Positions 40,061 to 52,941 of a stretch of 64,000 nt of DNA are shown in pieces. The translations under genes were made by a program, and so were the position numbers. The DNA comes from Gnetum montanum (lineage: Eukaryota; Plantae; Gnetophyta): contig MNCI01000001.1 of the NCBI GenBank assembly GCA_015680685.1, forward strand, positions 254,524 through 318,523, read 5' to 3'. The notes beneath the pieces are model-generated. The model was not told the DNA's origin. It made no database searches and saw nothing but the letters and a program-made list of their open reading frames with translations. Every line of letters starts with the position of its first letter. Position 1 is the first letter of the stretch.

Positions 40061-42731
40061 GAACTCCCAATATTAGATCTCTTCTTGGGAAGATGGCTAA
40101 CCTTGATCCAATCTCTGAAGATGTGGGTAAACATGATAGTGTATAATTGGGAAGTTCTTTGGTTTGAAGGCTTCTCGATGGAACTTTCAAAGGTTGCGAT
40201 AGCAAGGTTAACAACATAGGTGTTTGTGAGGACTTCATGATGCTATTGGTTCTAAAAAATGACCTTTTTCAAGGCTTGTATTAAGGAAGACTTAGCTAAG
40301 AAGCCAATTGTAAGTTAACTATCCTTGTAGCATTTCTTTGCTTTGGCTAGGCAAGTATTTTACCCTACATGAATGGAATAGATGGTAGAAGAGTTGATGA
40401 TGGTGGTGTAGGAGTAGATGGATGTTGAGAAGAATAGAAAGGAAATGGGGACTAACCTCTTGGAGAAGGTGCTTTGTAGTATTTTGAAGGTAGTATATTT
40501 TTGAAAAGTAAGTGTGACTTAAAAAGTCGCATGGAGAGATTGGCTACTAGATAGAGTATCCATAAGGATCAAGTTGACGATAAGGGTACTACTACCTCGG
40601 AGGTGGAATTCCCCATGACTGTGGTTGTTGCCACTAGTGATATAACTCTAGAGGTTGAGGTGACACATCACTCAATTTTCAAGCTTATTTGTGGAATTAC
40701 TATTGATAGTTACCTTTTGGATAAGGAAACTATTTGAGAGCTTTCTACTTTGCCAATCTAGGATTTAGAGCATAAATACTAGATTCTTGTAGGTTTGACA
40801 ATATAGGATAATATCCATTGGGATGCTCACATCCATCATCATTAATTTCTAAATCTTCAACCTCCTCAACTACTATAGCTTTATCCTTATATTTATGATA
40901 TTCTTGTTGAGCATCCTTCTTCTTTCTTCTTTCATGATCACTCTCTAGTTGATCTCTATGTTCCTCTGCAATCTTCAGAGTAGTTTGAAACTTCTCATCT
41001 AAAGAGTCCCACATATTATCAACCTTAGCTAATATTTTAGTAACAAATTTCAGAATTGACAAAGTTTTCCTTTGCACCACTTCATCAAGTGGTATTTTCT
41101 CCTCATTTTCGTAGAAATAAATCTCCATTTTTATGTATGGAGGAATCTTTGTTGTATTCTTTTACACTCTCTTATTTTTTAGCTCTTCTTCCTCTTTATC
41201 CACTTGCTCAATGAGCCTTTGAATCTAATGGGCCCTAAAACGTTTTTCTTGGGTGTAGACCCCAATGGTTCTTCTCCTTTCAGTTCTAATCCCATCTATG
41301 ATATGGTGTAGTTGATCCTATTGAAAGTATCCATGGCTTAGAAATTGGTGCAACAAAGAGTAGTACCTACTCATGGTTGCATCCAAGGACTCATGAATGC
41401 CTTGTTTCCACCATTGGATTTGCCTCCTCAAATTGAACACTCTAGAGTACATTTGATATTTGTTGTTGAATAGCTCCAACATCATTCTCCATCACCAAAT
41501 AGATTCTAGTTCTAAGGATTGATACCAACTTTCTACTTCCTTTATGAGTATTCTTGGGAATATTTTTAGCTTTTTCCATTAATTCTTCACATTTTATAAT
41601 GCATAGACATCATAGAAGGTTTGCAAATGATTCTATGGATCTAAATTATATGACCCTAAAACCTAGGGATATTGTTCATATCCAACCATTTAATGTAGCT
41701 ATCCTTCAAGTGCCTAGTGAAAATTCTAATAGCCTCTAAAATATTTAACATATTTCTAGTAGCTAGTGGGGGTTCATCAAGTCATAATGATCTTTGTGGC
41801 CATTATCATGGCCATGAGGCCTATGATGAATCATGTTATGATTTCATTCTCTATGATGCTCATGTCGTTGCTACTACTCATGCCCCTAGTCATTATTATC
41901 CCTATGGGATCTATGATCATTCCTATCTCACTATTCATCCCCATCACAATCTCTACTACTTCTTTAATGATCCTAGATTCTACTTCTCCTATCGAAGTTG
42001 AAAAAGGAAGATTCTGAGGATGATGATGAAGGCTAAGAGAAAGAAGAACAAACACTAGAGCAATGCCTACCACCTCCGTTTCTTTGGTTCCTACCCTAAT
42101 CATCATGTTTATCTTTCTCCTGGTGCATATCATTGTTCCTACCTCTAGATGAAGGACTATGGTTACCATCTTTTGAGATTCCATGATTTTGAGACCTGTT
42201 CTTTCTATCACCAAGTTTATCCATAGTTGACTACAACCATTGGTTAAGGGTCTCCCCATCAAAGAGAGGGGGAGAATTTGTGTATTTGAAGGCACCCAAA
42301 AAGAAGTCGTCACCTTCCTTGTGTGTTTGTAGGAATAAGTGGTTAGGAAACCTTTTGCCTTTTGAAACCTCATATCAAGCTTCCATTTTCCATTCTTTCT
42401 TCCATTGGGATTCTATGGGATCGTAATCCCAATAAACATGGTCTTGAACCTCATAATCAACATTAAGTTTGGCAATGTCCATCTTGATGAGATTGTTCAA
42501 CAGTATCACAGGAATAGATTGGTTAGAAGGCAACATGATGTTGCCTTCAATGTCCTTCCATTTTAGCTTCTTGTCATGATGTAGGATGAAGGTTAAATCC
42601 AAATTATAAGCATTTGGATGAGTATATGTAACTTTGAACTGTTGGGGTACTTGTGTCTTTTGGCCTTCTTGTCTTTGATTGGATCTACTTATAAATGGTG
42701 GTTGAGAATCTTTCCTATGATAAGAAGCCAT
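40060..42731 (-). pseudogene. Element B gag with N-terminal extension (decayed)
   Basis: ORF 42375-42731 followed by gag core (PKNTHKGSRKLVSI / W*QGIHESLDATMSRYYSLLH) paralogous to A and C. Confidence 0.82.
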
Positions 42732-42860
42732 ATTAGTGATTCTTCAAAAATAGTATGCATTTGTTGTTATAATTATCTTAATGGTTTAGCAGTAGTTTCC
42801 TTTACAACATTGTTATATGTTTTCACTATCTTTCCTATGTAGCATACTTAGCTAACTAAA

Positions 42861-42879
42861 ATCCCTAGTAACAGTGCCA
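42861..42879 (-). promoter_or_regulatory. PBS (tRNA-Asp type) of element B
   Basis: Minus strand TGGCACTGTTACTAGGGAT adjacent to the LTR end. Confidence 0.85.
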
Positions 42880-42880
42880 A

Positions 42881-43708
42881 TGATGAGAAGCAAGTTGATC
42901 CTATGCCTAACCATATGAATCAAAAGCATTGCGCTAGTGATCTAGTCAAATTTCATGGATGTTAGTTCCTAAATGTGTCGAGACAAAGATAGCAACTTAG
43001 AGACGTGATTGTTGTCTTCTTGGCTTTACTTGTGTAAGTGAAATTATATGGTTAAGTGTAAGCCAAGGCACATGATTTTTATTTGTACTTTTATATTTTA
43101 TTTTATCTAATCTAAGTGGAAAAGAAAAGTAATGAATTGTAAATTTACTAATTAACTATCTAATTTCTTAATCTAACTATCCTAACATAAGCATCTAGGC
43201 CCACCTTCCATGAACATCCTAAACTTGTTATGAATGCTTTTGGGTTACCAAGTGTTAAGCTACTAGGTGTATCAAGTGATAACACTACTAGGATTACTAG
43301 GCATTAACGGTATGTTCAAGGTGGTTGTACTTATGTGTGATTATTAGAGACATTAATTAACTAAATTCATGAATATAGAATGCATAAGTAATAAAGTACA
43401 TAATGAAACATTAAAATATTCTTCAGTGTTGCAAGGAATTCTTGGAATCTCATCTTTATTGTTAGCACACCAAAGTGTTTAGGTACATTGATGTTCAAAT
43501 AAGGAACTGTACAATCCTTGAAGTCCTACTATGAGCACTCAAAAAATATTCTAACTCTAATGTGTTGGGTAGATGCATTTATATGGACAAGACTAGACAC
43601 TATATTGACACATCTCCATTGATGCATCTAACCATGCATCAATGGGGATGCATTGATAGGACTACATTGGCACATGCCTATTGACACAGCATGTCACATG
43701 ATTCATTA
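42881..43708 (-). repeat. 5' LTR of element B
   Basis: Colinear with 14901-15756; ATGCATC(G/A)AT array in U3. Confidence 0.92.
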
Positions 43709-45260
43709 ATTACTATATTATTTTGCATAGTTTTAGCATGGTTTAGCAATTTATATGATATAGATGCCACTTGATGTATTTATGTTGATATGCAAGATTG
43801 AGATAGGGAGATAAGGAAGTAATTTGACTAGTCTTAAAGCTTAAATGTAGCCTTCTTATGATGTTTTTTGATCAAATGTCCTTGAACACTTAAGCCTTGA
43901 TCTTTGAAAATGTTGACCATGTATCCTTAACACCATGGGATGGTCCAACTATCCTTAACCTTGACACCAAAAACATCACAGAATGATTCCTTAGTTGAAT
44001 TCTCCATTTCAAACCATAATGGTGAGGAGAATACATCAAAAACTAAGTTCCTTACTTGAACCTCAATTTTCCAAAGACATTATCAATTCCCTACAAGGCA
44101 ACATGAAATATTTCACATGACTCTGATTACATCTAATGTTAACATGTTTTCTCTTAGTGTTCTTTGCATCTACTTATAGGTTTGGATGAATAATTGACAC
44201 TGATGATCTTTGTAACTATAACAAGCAATCTTGTATGACCTATTATCTCTCTGTTTTTTTGAATCCTTAACGTATTATAAACTTTGCATAAATTTTTGAA
44301 ACAAAGTACAGATTTCTCATCCTCTACCAGTTGTAACCTATAATGGGTTGTATCTACTTGTTGTCTCATGTGGCCTTATGCAAATGTCTTGTAATCACAT
44401 GTGTTCTTTGACTTTTTTTCATGTCCTCTTAGAGTTATGCTTGTAGGATGAAGCCTAAAGTCATCACAAGGGTACAACTCATCATAGCAGTGAGTTACCA
44501 TGGAACCTCAATCCATGAGATTTAGTTAGCTTGTACAACTATGTCAGAAGTGCTTGTCTCACATCACTCCCATTACCCTCTCAAGCCATACCCTTGTAGC
44601 CAAATTATAGTCCTCCTAACCATAATAACAACAAAGATCTTTATTTGACCTTCATACATCATGGCCATGTGACATCTCCTTTAACATGATCTACTAGTAA
44701 GTTCATTGAATGTAACACAAATCTTTCAATGAGAATACAAAATACAATTTAGCATTTGCAATGAAACCAAATTAAGGTTTCAACCATAAATAAAAGAAAA
44801 GGGAAGAAATAAAAATAATTATAAGAGGATAATGAATCCTAAATTCAAATCAATGGATCCAAAAAATAAAGGAAGAATCCTAGTGGTTAAAGAAGCCCAA
44901 CAATAGAGTGCTAGTCCCTCTAACACATTATTAAGTAATCAACAATTGGAGCATGAAGCATGAAGATCTTTTTAACTGATTCATCTATTACTACCATGTC
45001 ATGATCATGATTTCAATATTTAAAATTCTTTGTTATCCCATGTAATTGTTCTTCAATAACCAATATGGCCTTTATCTCATCTCAAACTCATAAGATTCCA
45101 TCGTGATCTTATTTTACCATTGTGAGCACTCCATGGCATGGTTTGATTACTATGGAATCAAGTGTGGAGAGGGAGCATTGGTGATGAACTTGTAATTATG
45201 TTTCACATTCTCTATTGATGTCTCTTAGGTTCATCCTCTAGCCATCAATAAAGAGGTCAA

Positions 45261-46353
45261 TGAAACACTACAAAGAAAATTCCTATTAAGCATAAAAGAG
45301 ATCAAAGCCAAATTTATATTATAATTTCATGAGAATTTAAGGGTAAATATAATTGTTTATTTTTCCATCAAAAATCCTACTCCATGGCCCTATTCTTAAA
45401 AATTTTTCAATAATTTTTCAATGTGTAAGATGGAATTTGTAGTTTATAAGGTAAAACTTTCATTTATGCTAATGTGTATGGAATAACAAGCTAATAAGTT
45501 GCCAAAATTGGCAACAAAAGCCCAAAAATGTTGGTCACACATATGTTGGATTTTAGGTCATGAAAATAGTCCAAATGTGTCATCACATTTGGCAAGAAAA
45601 TTCAAAATGTTGGTGGTTGATAGGTAGTAGTTTTTGGGTGGTGAAAGTACCAAGTACATTGGTATTTCATATCCAAAAGGTCAAAAACGTTGGTGTATCA
45701 TATGTTGTAGATTTTAACCACCAAAATCTTCCAAAATGTTGCAAAATTTGGTTGTAATTATGGTAGAATCAATGAGCAATAAATCAAGGCAAACATAGCC
45801 TATTTAAACCAAAATTTTCTTCATTGTAATGAGTTTTGAATTTTTGCAACTCTTTCAAACTTGAGATTTTTGAGAGAGAGGGAGATCTAAGATTCCATAG
45901 ACATCTTCAAGAGCATATCATCAAAAGCACTAAGATCTTATTGAAAAATGAATAAAATAGACATATTTTGGAGGAATGTAGGACACACATGCCCATCCAT
46001 AAACCTAATTTTCATTGTCATTTTCAAGGGGCTATGAAAGAATTATAGTTTCAAATTTTGTACTTTCTAAGCCCTATATTTGCATAGCATTAATAAAATT
46101 CTTTTGTAGTGTTCAAGTTCATTTACTCACAATTTTTTGCAATTGCGTTTCAATGTAGGCTCTATTACTTATGTAGTTTCTCACTTATTTTTATTTTAAT
46201 TTCTTTTTGATAACAAATCCTCCAAGTCTTCAAGTAATTAGAAAGACCATTTGATGTGCTCCAGATCCTTTTCTAAGTCCCACTGGATCTAAAGTTAAAA
46301 TATTTTATATAGGAGTTTTTCACCCTTTAGCATCAAATTTTTCCATTTCTATA
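45261..46353 (+). repeat. 3' LTR of element D
   Basis: Starts TGAAACAC after PPT; colinear with 4508-5610. Confidence 0.9.
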
Positions 46354-46358
46354 CTAGC

Positions 46359-48721
46359 CTATGAAAAATAATGATCCAAAAATTGGATCTATCAATGTCA
46401 AAAAGAATACTTAGAAGATTGGAAAAAAATTAATGTTCTTTAAGTATCTACAAAATGATCTTTAGATGTTGTTCAAGAAACTCCTTGCATAAATAGTACA
46501 CCAAAATGTAATTAATGAACATGATAAAAAACTAGTCTAAGTATGGTATCATGATGTTATTAATGAAGTGCATAAATACTGTAGGAGTATTAGTGCCTAT
46601 GAATGACAAGACCAAGACTCATAATGTCCATACCATGTTCTAAATGCTATCTTGGGAACATCCTCATATCTTTGGAAAATCATGACTTTGGATCTATCTT
46701 GGAGAATGCCTAAGCTTCTTTTAATGAATCAAACAAGTCATCTATGCATGAAAAGGTATACATATTCTTCAGAATAATTTATTTCAACTATTATTAATCA
46801 ATGCATAACCACATACTACCATTTTTCTTCATTACAAAGAAGATAAAAGAATCCCAAGAAGAGACACTTGGATGAATCAATCCCTTCTCAACAAATTCTT
46901 AAAGATGAATGTTTAGTTCTACTAACTCAATAGGAAATATCTTGTGTAAAACATTGGAGATAGGTTCAATACCAATTTTGAAATAAATATCAAAATTGAC
47001 AAGCATACTAGGGAGATTAAAAGAAAAAACATCAAAAAATTTTTGGACAATAGAAATATGATTAAGAAAAGATGATAAAAAAGTACACTTAATAAAATAA
47101 TGAAATAAGAATGATCCTTCCTAAACAAATAATGAGAATGATCCTTTCTACATGAAATAATAAGACATAAGATTCCACTTAACCTTATGTTTCTAGGTAT
47201 GCATCATCATTTGAACACCATCATTCATTACTAAGGTAACTACCTTATGATAATAATTCAAGCTACCCTAATAGTGAGAAAACTAATTCATAATTAAGAT
47301 AACATCATAGTTTCCTTGGTTTATGATGTAAAGATAATTGAACCAAGTGGTGTTCTAAATTACAAAAGATGCAAATCTACAAACTTGATCCATAGCGAAT
47401 GCACAACTACCAACGAAGCCAATAACAAGCCAATGATTAAGATACTGATCCATTAAACCTAATCATACAACTAAATGTTGATGAATGAAAGAATGTATTT
47501 CTTCAATATTAAATAAAATCAAAACTATGAAATTTGAAATCATACCTTTAGCCTCCATCATGATGTTGGGCTAAGCATGGACTAGCTAATTTATTAGAGC
47601 ACATACCTATTCATGCATGTTATTACCACACTAGCTACTAGTAAGTTTGTCATTCCATTGAGGATCTTCACCTTCTAAACTTCTTGAATATTAGAAGCTC
47701 TTGTAGCTATGCTTACCTTAGTTGTAGTAGTTGAGACATTCCCTATGAATTTTTCTAACTCTCCTATGAGAATGACAAGTGATGGATCCATGAGTGGTTC
47801 CACCACTTTCTATTACTATTTTTGGTCATTTTAACTTGATCTATAGATATGCTTAGACCTACCAGACTTCTTAAAAGATATTTTTCCACAGATCAATCAT
47901 GTTGTGCTGCTTTAGATAGCTAACTATGCTTTAGATCTAGTATATGAACTCAAGCATTCTCACATTTCAAAAGATGCAAAGAAAGAAAATGATCCTTGAT
48001 GAATGCATGGGAATCATGAACAAAATAGATAGTCCTAGAATTCTCATTCAAATGAATATGAGGAACATACATGCACAACTCTAAGAATTTGTAATCATAC
48101 TTAGTCATAGTGCAACTACACTGATAGAGGTGGTAAAACTCTTTAACATTCAACTCTACAAACCTTGAAGTAATATAAAAAAATTTGAAAGCATTAAGGA
48201 AATAGCTCTAATGAAAATCATACTCTCCCTAATGAAAATCTTTCTCCTAAGCATTTCACCAATGTTTGGTGGATCCACAATATTAGTAAGTTACCAAACA
48301 AATTACTACACAAGAGTATAGGATATCACCTTGAATATCTTAAGGATATTATCCAACCACTTAGTGGAAATGGTAGGGTCCTTCTCATCTTGGAAGGTAG
48401 GAGGTTTTAGCTTATGAAACTACTCCATATGCTCTCTCTCCATGGTTCACCTATCATTTCCATCTCTTAGAACCATCCTACACTGACAAGAAATTAGAAT
48501 TCTTCTTTATATGCTAATAAAAATGAAACATATAATATTTTATATCTAATTTTCTAATATCCCCATCTTGTGTAGGAGTAGGAACTAGAGTGATAGGTTC
48601 TATGTAGAAATATAACAATGGCTCCTATGCTTAATTAAAAATGTCGTTGGGTGTTGATGTTGTGTTGCTAGGTTGAACATCCATCCTCTTAGTATGAACA
48701 CCAAGTTATAGCACCTACCAT
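46359..48721 (-). pseudogene. Element E gag, protease and RT N-terminal half (decayed)
   Basis: KLKPPTF..DP..W (gag), EFYHLYQ..TMTKYDYKFLEL (ORF 47950), and RT remnants ending TNTPTVFM. Confidence 0.75.
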
Positions 48722-50196
48722 CTCTAGAATAGAAACACAATTAAAAAATCAATAAAACATACTCTTTGGTAGTAGCTTATAATACTCTTCTTGCTAAACC
48801 TTAGGTTAGAGAGCATTTCCTTTGGTAAAACCCCTACTAAAGGATTCGTAATGATAAGTAAGATAACAAACAAAAAATGTAGCAATAGAAATAGAAACAA
48901 ACCTAGTGTGAGGCAATGACCCAAGGAAAAAGTGAAACTAAACAAGGAAAGAAAATGAAATGGAAAAATATATAATTATATAAAAAATATATGTTGGAGT
49001 CTAAATCTAACTAGATAGAAAAAATACAAGCATCTACTAAAGATTATATATTGAATAAGGGAGTTAAATAAATTATAAATCTAAACCTTCATAAATATAT
49101 AATCAACATAATATCAAAAGTCTAGGCCAATCAAAATCTATAAACCAAAAAGCTAGGAAAAAGGGAAATAATGTTTAACACAATGCTGAAATGTCTAATG
49201 CATAAATAGCATAAGCTCAAATATAAGAATATAACATCATAAATCATAGTAGAAACAAATTACCAAATCATCCAAGATATTCAGTCTCCACCTAATTTAA
49301 TCATCCTATAAATAAAATAGAATATTAATATAAAACTATGAGGAACCTTGGCATCATTTACAACTAGAAAATGGGTATATCTCATGGGCTAGCTGAATAG
49401 GTTATTCTACAAAATAAGCTAGCTAAATAACATCTAAATAAGCAAAAAAACATATAACCAAATATCCAATCACCAAACATTACTAATACAATGATTTACC
49501 ATCATCAATTATCACCATAAATAAGGGCTCTACCATACATTACACATAGGGTTAAATGTGCATCAAAGTTCTCATATGTACTTTACCAAATTTCAAAGCC
49601 AAAATATATTCAAATTAACTATCAAACTACCATGTACATGGATTTATCATTAGTTTCAAACTATTAATAGGAGCATCATCAAGACTTAAATTGTATATTC
49701 CCAAAGTAGTAGTGCTAAAGGTATCTAATAAAATCACCAATAACATTTTGGAGGAATAAAAGAAACCAATGACATGGAATCACCCTCTCATATAGGATGG
49801 AGCCTACAATGAAGGCCATAATGATCCATCCTAGTGGGGGTCATTCAACAGACATCTGTAGGAAGCCCATCTTTAATCAATCATACAAACTTAATGCTAG
49901 CTACAATAGCCAATCATATAATAAATGCATAAACATGGTAATCCTAACTAATGGTGGAGTGTAGAAAAATATCAAAATAATCCAACTCCCAATGAAATCT
50001 AGAATCTAAGGGATTGTCACAAATGATACTGGTCTAAAGAATGATATATTACCATCAATATCCAAAAAAATCACATGGAACTTCAACATTATTAGGGTAT
50101 CAAGACCATCATTCAATGATATTTTACATATCCAATATAATATCCTATTGACACCAACTAATACGAAAAGGAAACTATTAAACATTACTTTGAAGG

Positions 50197-51161
50197 TGAT
50201 GAGTGGTGAGGTACCCCTACACTCAACCATATGAAATGAGCATAGCACACGCGAACTAGTCAAAATCTGCAGACTAAATGCCTAAATGCCCCATGGAACA
50301 CTTGGGGTTAATCATTCATTGTCTTCCCAGACTTACTTGTTGTTGTCATGGTGTATGGTTAAGTAAGTTCGAGGTATATGATTTTTTTGGTCTTTTCTGG
50401 TTTTATGTCTTCTATACTAAGAGCAAAGGGTTGAGAAACTAAATAACTCTAACTAATGTTCTAAGTCTAAATTAACTAGCATCAACATCTATTCCCACTT
50501 ACCGTACACACCCTAAACTGTGCAACTGTGGCTACTAAATGCTAATCGTTACTGGGATCACCACACGTAATGAACGTGCTCGAAGTGGTCGTACTGAGGC
50601 ACCTAAGTAACCTAAGTGTGATGAGCAGCTGATTCCTTGACTAGCCATACACATCCATAGATTCTTGTAATTAAGTCGTACTCATCCCATGTTCTAGGAG
50701 ACAAGGGGAAGAGAATCTAATTGCGATGAGTAGTCGATTCCTTGGTTAGCCGTACACATTCGTCAATGCTCGTAACCAAGTTGTACTCATGCCACGCTAA
50801 CAATAGGTAAGAAATAACATGTAATAAACCTATCCATGTACTGCAAGGTTTATCCACAAAGCTCTTCTTTATTTCCATACACAACTTGTGTTCAGGTACA
50901 AAGCTGCTTGAATAAAGAACCGTTCACTTGGGAACTCCTATTACGTGCACATGGAAAATATTCTATCTCTGGGATGATCAATCCACCNCTACGTGCACAT
51001 GGAAAATATTCTATCTCTGGGATGATCAATCCACCAAAGCTTTGCTACTTCTAGCCTAGGATTTGAAATGAGGGGAGTGCCACCTCTTATTTATAGATTT
51101 GATGGTGGACCGCGATATCGTGTACGCAATATCGTGGCTCATGCGATATTGCGTCTCATCA
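50197..51161 (-). repeat. 3' LTR of element C
   Basis: Colinear with 56271-57185; GCGATATCGC palindrome array. Confidence 0.95.
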
Positions 51162-52941
51162 TACCCCCATGACTAAATGAANGGCTCATGCGATATTGCG
51201 TCTCATCATACCCCCATGACTAAATGAAAACTCGTCCTCGAGTTCCTTACAATAATATCATGTACGTATGGAATTATTGAGGGAAATGGAACTAATGGGA
51301 TGACATGTGAACGGATCATTATTACAAGACTTGACAAAAATGGTGTTCATGACAACAAGGGTGAACACCTTATTATAATGACATCAGGCCTTTTTTGGCA
51401 ACTGAGAGAAAGAGAGAGAAAGAAGTGTTGCCACTGCCAACGCCAAGATTGTGCCTTCGTTGTCCATCCATAAGTGCGCTATCGAGCTTGCTCCTTACAT
51501 AGCTGCTTCCAGTACTGCTCCATTCCAACTGTTTGCTCCAACTCTAGACCCAATCCGTTGTTTATTTAATCACCATTTGCACACACAACATAGTCTTATA
51601 TTAGCAAGGGTAATTGAATCATCATGTAATTAATGCCTTGCTTTGGTGTAAACTCATTGGCTAGGTTGTGGTATGGATTATATGGATCTAGGAATATGTT
51701 ACTGATGACTACCGAAGGTGTAGGGGTTAGGAAGAAAATCAAAAATTTTAGGGCTAGGAGAAAATCAAAAAAATCAGGCCCCGTACCCCCATGACTAATC
51801 GCGAACCTCTGGTAGCGTTAGAATGGAGAAAGAAAAGAAGAAAGATAGGTAAAAAGAGACAACTATGGCATCAATGAGATGGATGTCAAAATGGTAATGA
51901 AAAAAATAAAATTAATTGCAAAATGTTAAGGAAAAGGATTTAACTAATGCTCCAAATAAGAATGCCAGTGGATCCTCCCCAAAGCAGGCTCATGCCCTTA
52001 ATGCCCTNNNNNNNNNNNNNNNNNNNNNNNNNNNNNNNNNNNNNNNNNNNNNNNNNNNNNNNNNNNNNNNNNNNNNNNNNNNNNNNNNNNNNNNNNNNNN
52101 NNNNNNNNNNNNNNNNNNNNNNNNNNNNNNNNNNNNNNNNNNNNNNNNNNGAGAAGGACCTTAGTTAGAGGGAACACTTTTGGTTCCATAACCAGTGCTT
52201 GTAGCCCAAATATTTATTTCGTCTAAGGGGTGTGCTTTGAATTCTCACTTAGTTTTTCTCTTCTCTTCTTTTTTTGTTTTGTATTTTTATGTGTGAGAAC
52301 CACACCATGCAAAGACTTCTTATTTTTATTGTCTCAGCTTCCGATAATTGGGTAACATCGGAACGACAAGAAAACTCAAGAAGAAAAGATCCAAGCACCT
52401 GAGAGAATGACCAATACAAAAGCATCAATTTCCTTTGAAGTCACACCCTTTTCAATCCATGAGTCCTTTCTTAGTTTGAGAAAACCCCAGTCACCGATTC
52501 GTTAAAGTTCTTATTAGAAAGGGACTGTACATTCCCAAGCCGAGAGAGACCATAGAAACTGGTGGATAGATGGATGAAGTAGTCTCATTGTCTACCATAT
52601 CAAAAGAAACATACCTTAGTATCAACATTGTAACTTAAAGGTAAAAACCAAACATTAACAATCAATATGAAAATAGTTCATATCATCATGAAGAACGCTT
52701 ATTATGGGACAAACTTACAGGGTGGAACACATACACACAGACACACACACACAATGGAAAAGTATAACGATGTTGTAAAACAAAAACTATAAAAGTTAAA
52801 GAAAGTTGTAAAATAGAAATTAGAAAAGTTAAAGAAATTTGTAAAACAAAAATGTGTAAAATAAAAACGTTGTAAAACAAAAACATGTGAAACAAAAACA
52901 TTGTAAAACAAAAACTTAAAAGAACTAAGGGCCCCATATGA

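Larger units (their letters stand above)
14901..43708 (-). mobile_element. Element B: Athila-like element with gag-pol and env-like ORF, interrupted by F/A
   Basis: LTRs at 14901-15756 and 42881-43708; perfect TSD ATTAC (14896-14900 and 43709-43713); tRNA-Asp-type PBS; Athila-type RT (EVSMDDFSTYG), RH and INT. Confidence 0.92.
4508..46353 (+). mobile_element. Element D: Tat/Ogre-like LTR retrotransposon, gag+protease only (non-autonomous), interrupted by element B
   Basis: Homologous LTRs at 4508-5610 and 45261-46353; TSD ATAGC (4503-4507) / CTAGC (46354-46358); PBS after the 5' LTR; PPT-like AAAGAGGTCAA before the 3' LTR; flanks rejoin into E RT. Confidence 0.85.

Noticed and set aside
41717-42373. 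His/Met-rich overlapping ORFs
   Set aside because: Alternative frames and antisense of the low-complexity linker in element B gag.
51136-51230. Apparent duplicated LTR end and PPT in element C
   Set aside because: The duplication is centred on the single N at 51182; scaffolding artefact, not counted as an extra PPT.
52008-52150. N gaps (also 54735-54819) possibly hiding RT/INT of element C
   Set aside because: The protease-to-pol-tail junction (52942-53517) is gap-free; the gaps lie in the 3' non-coding region and in gag.
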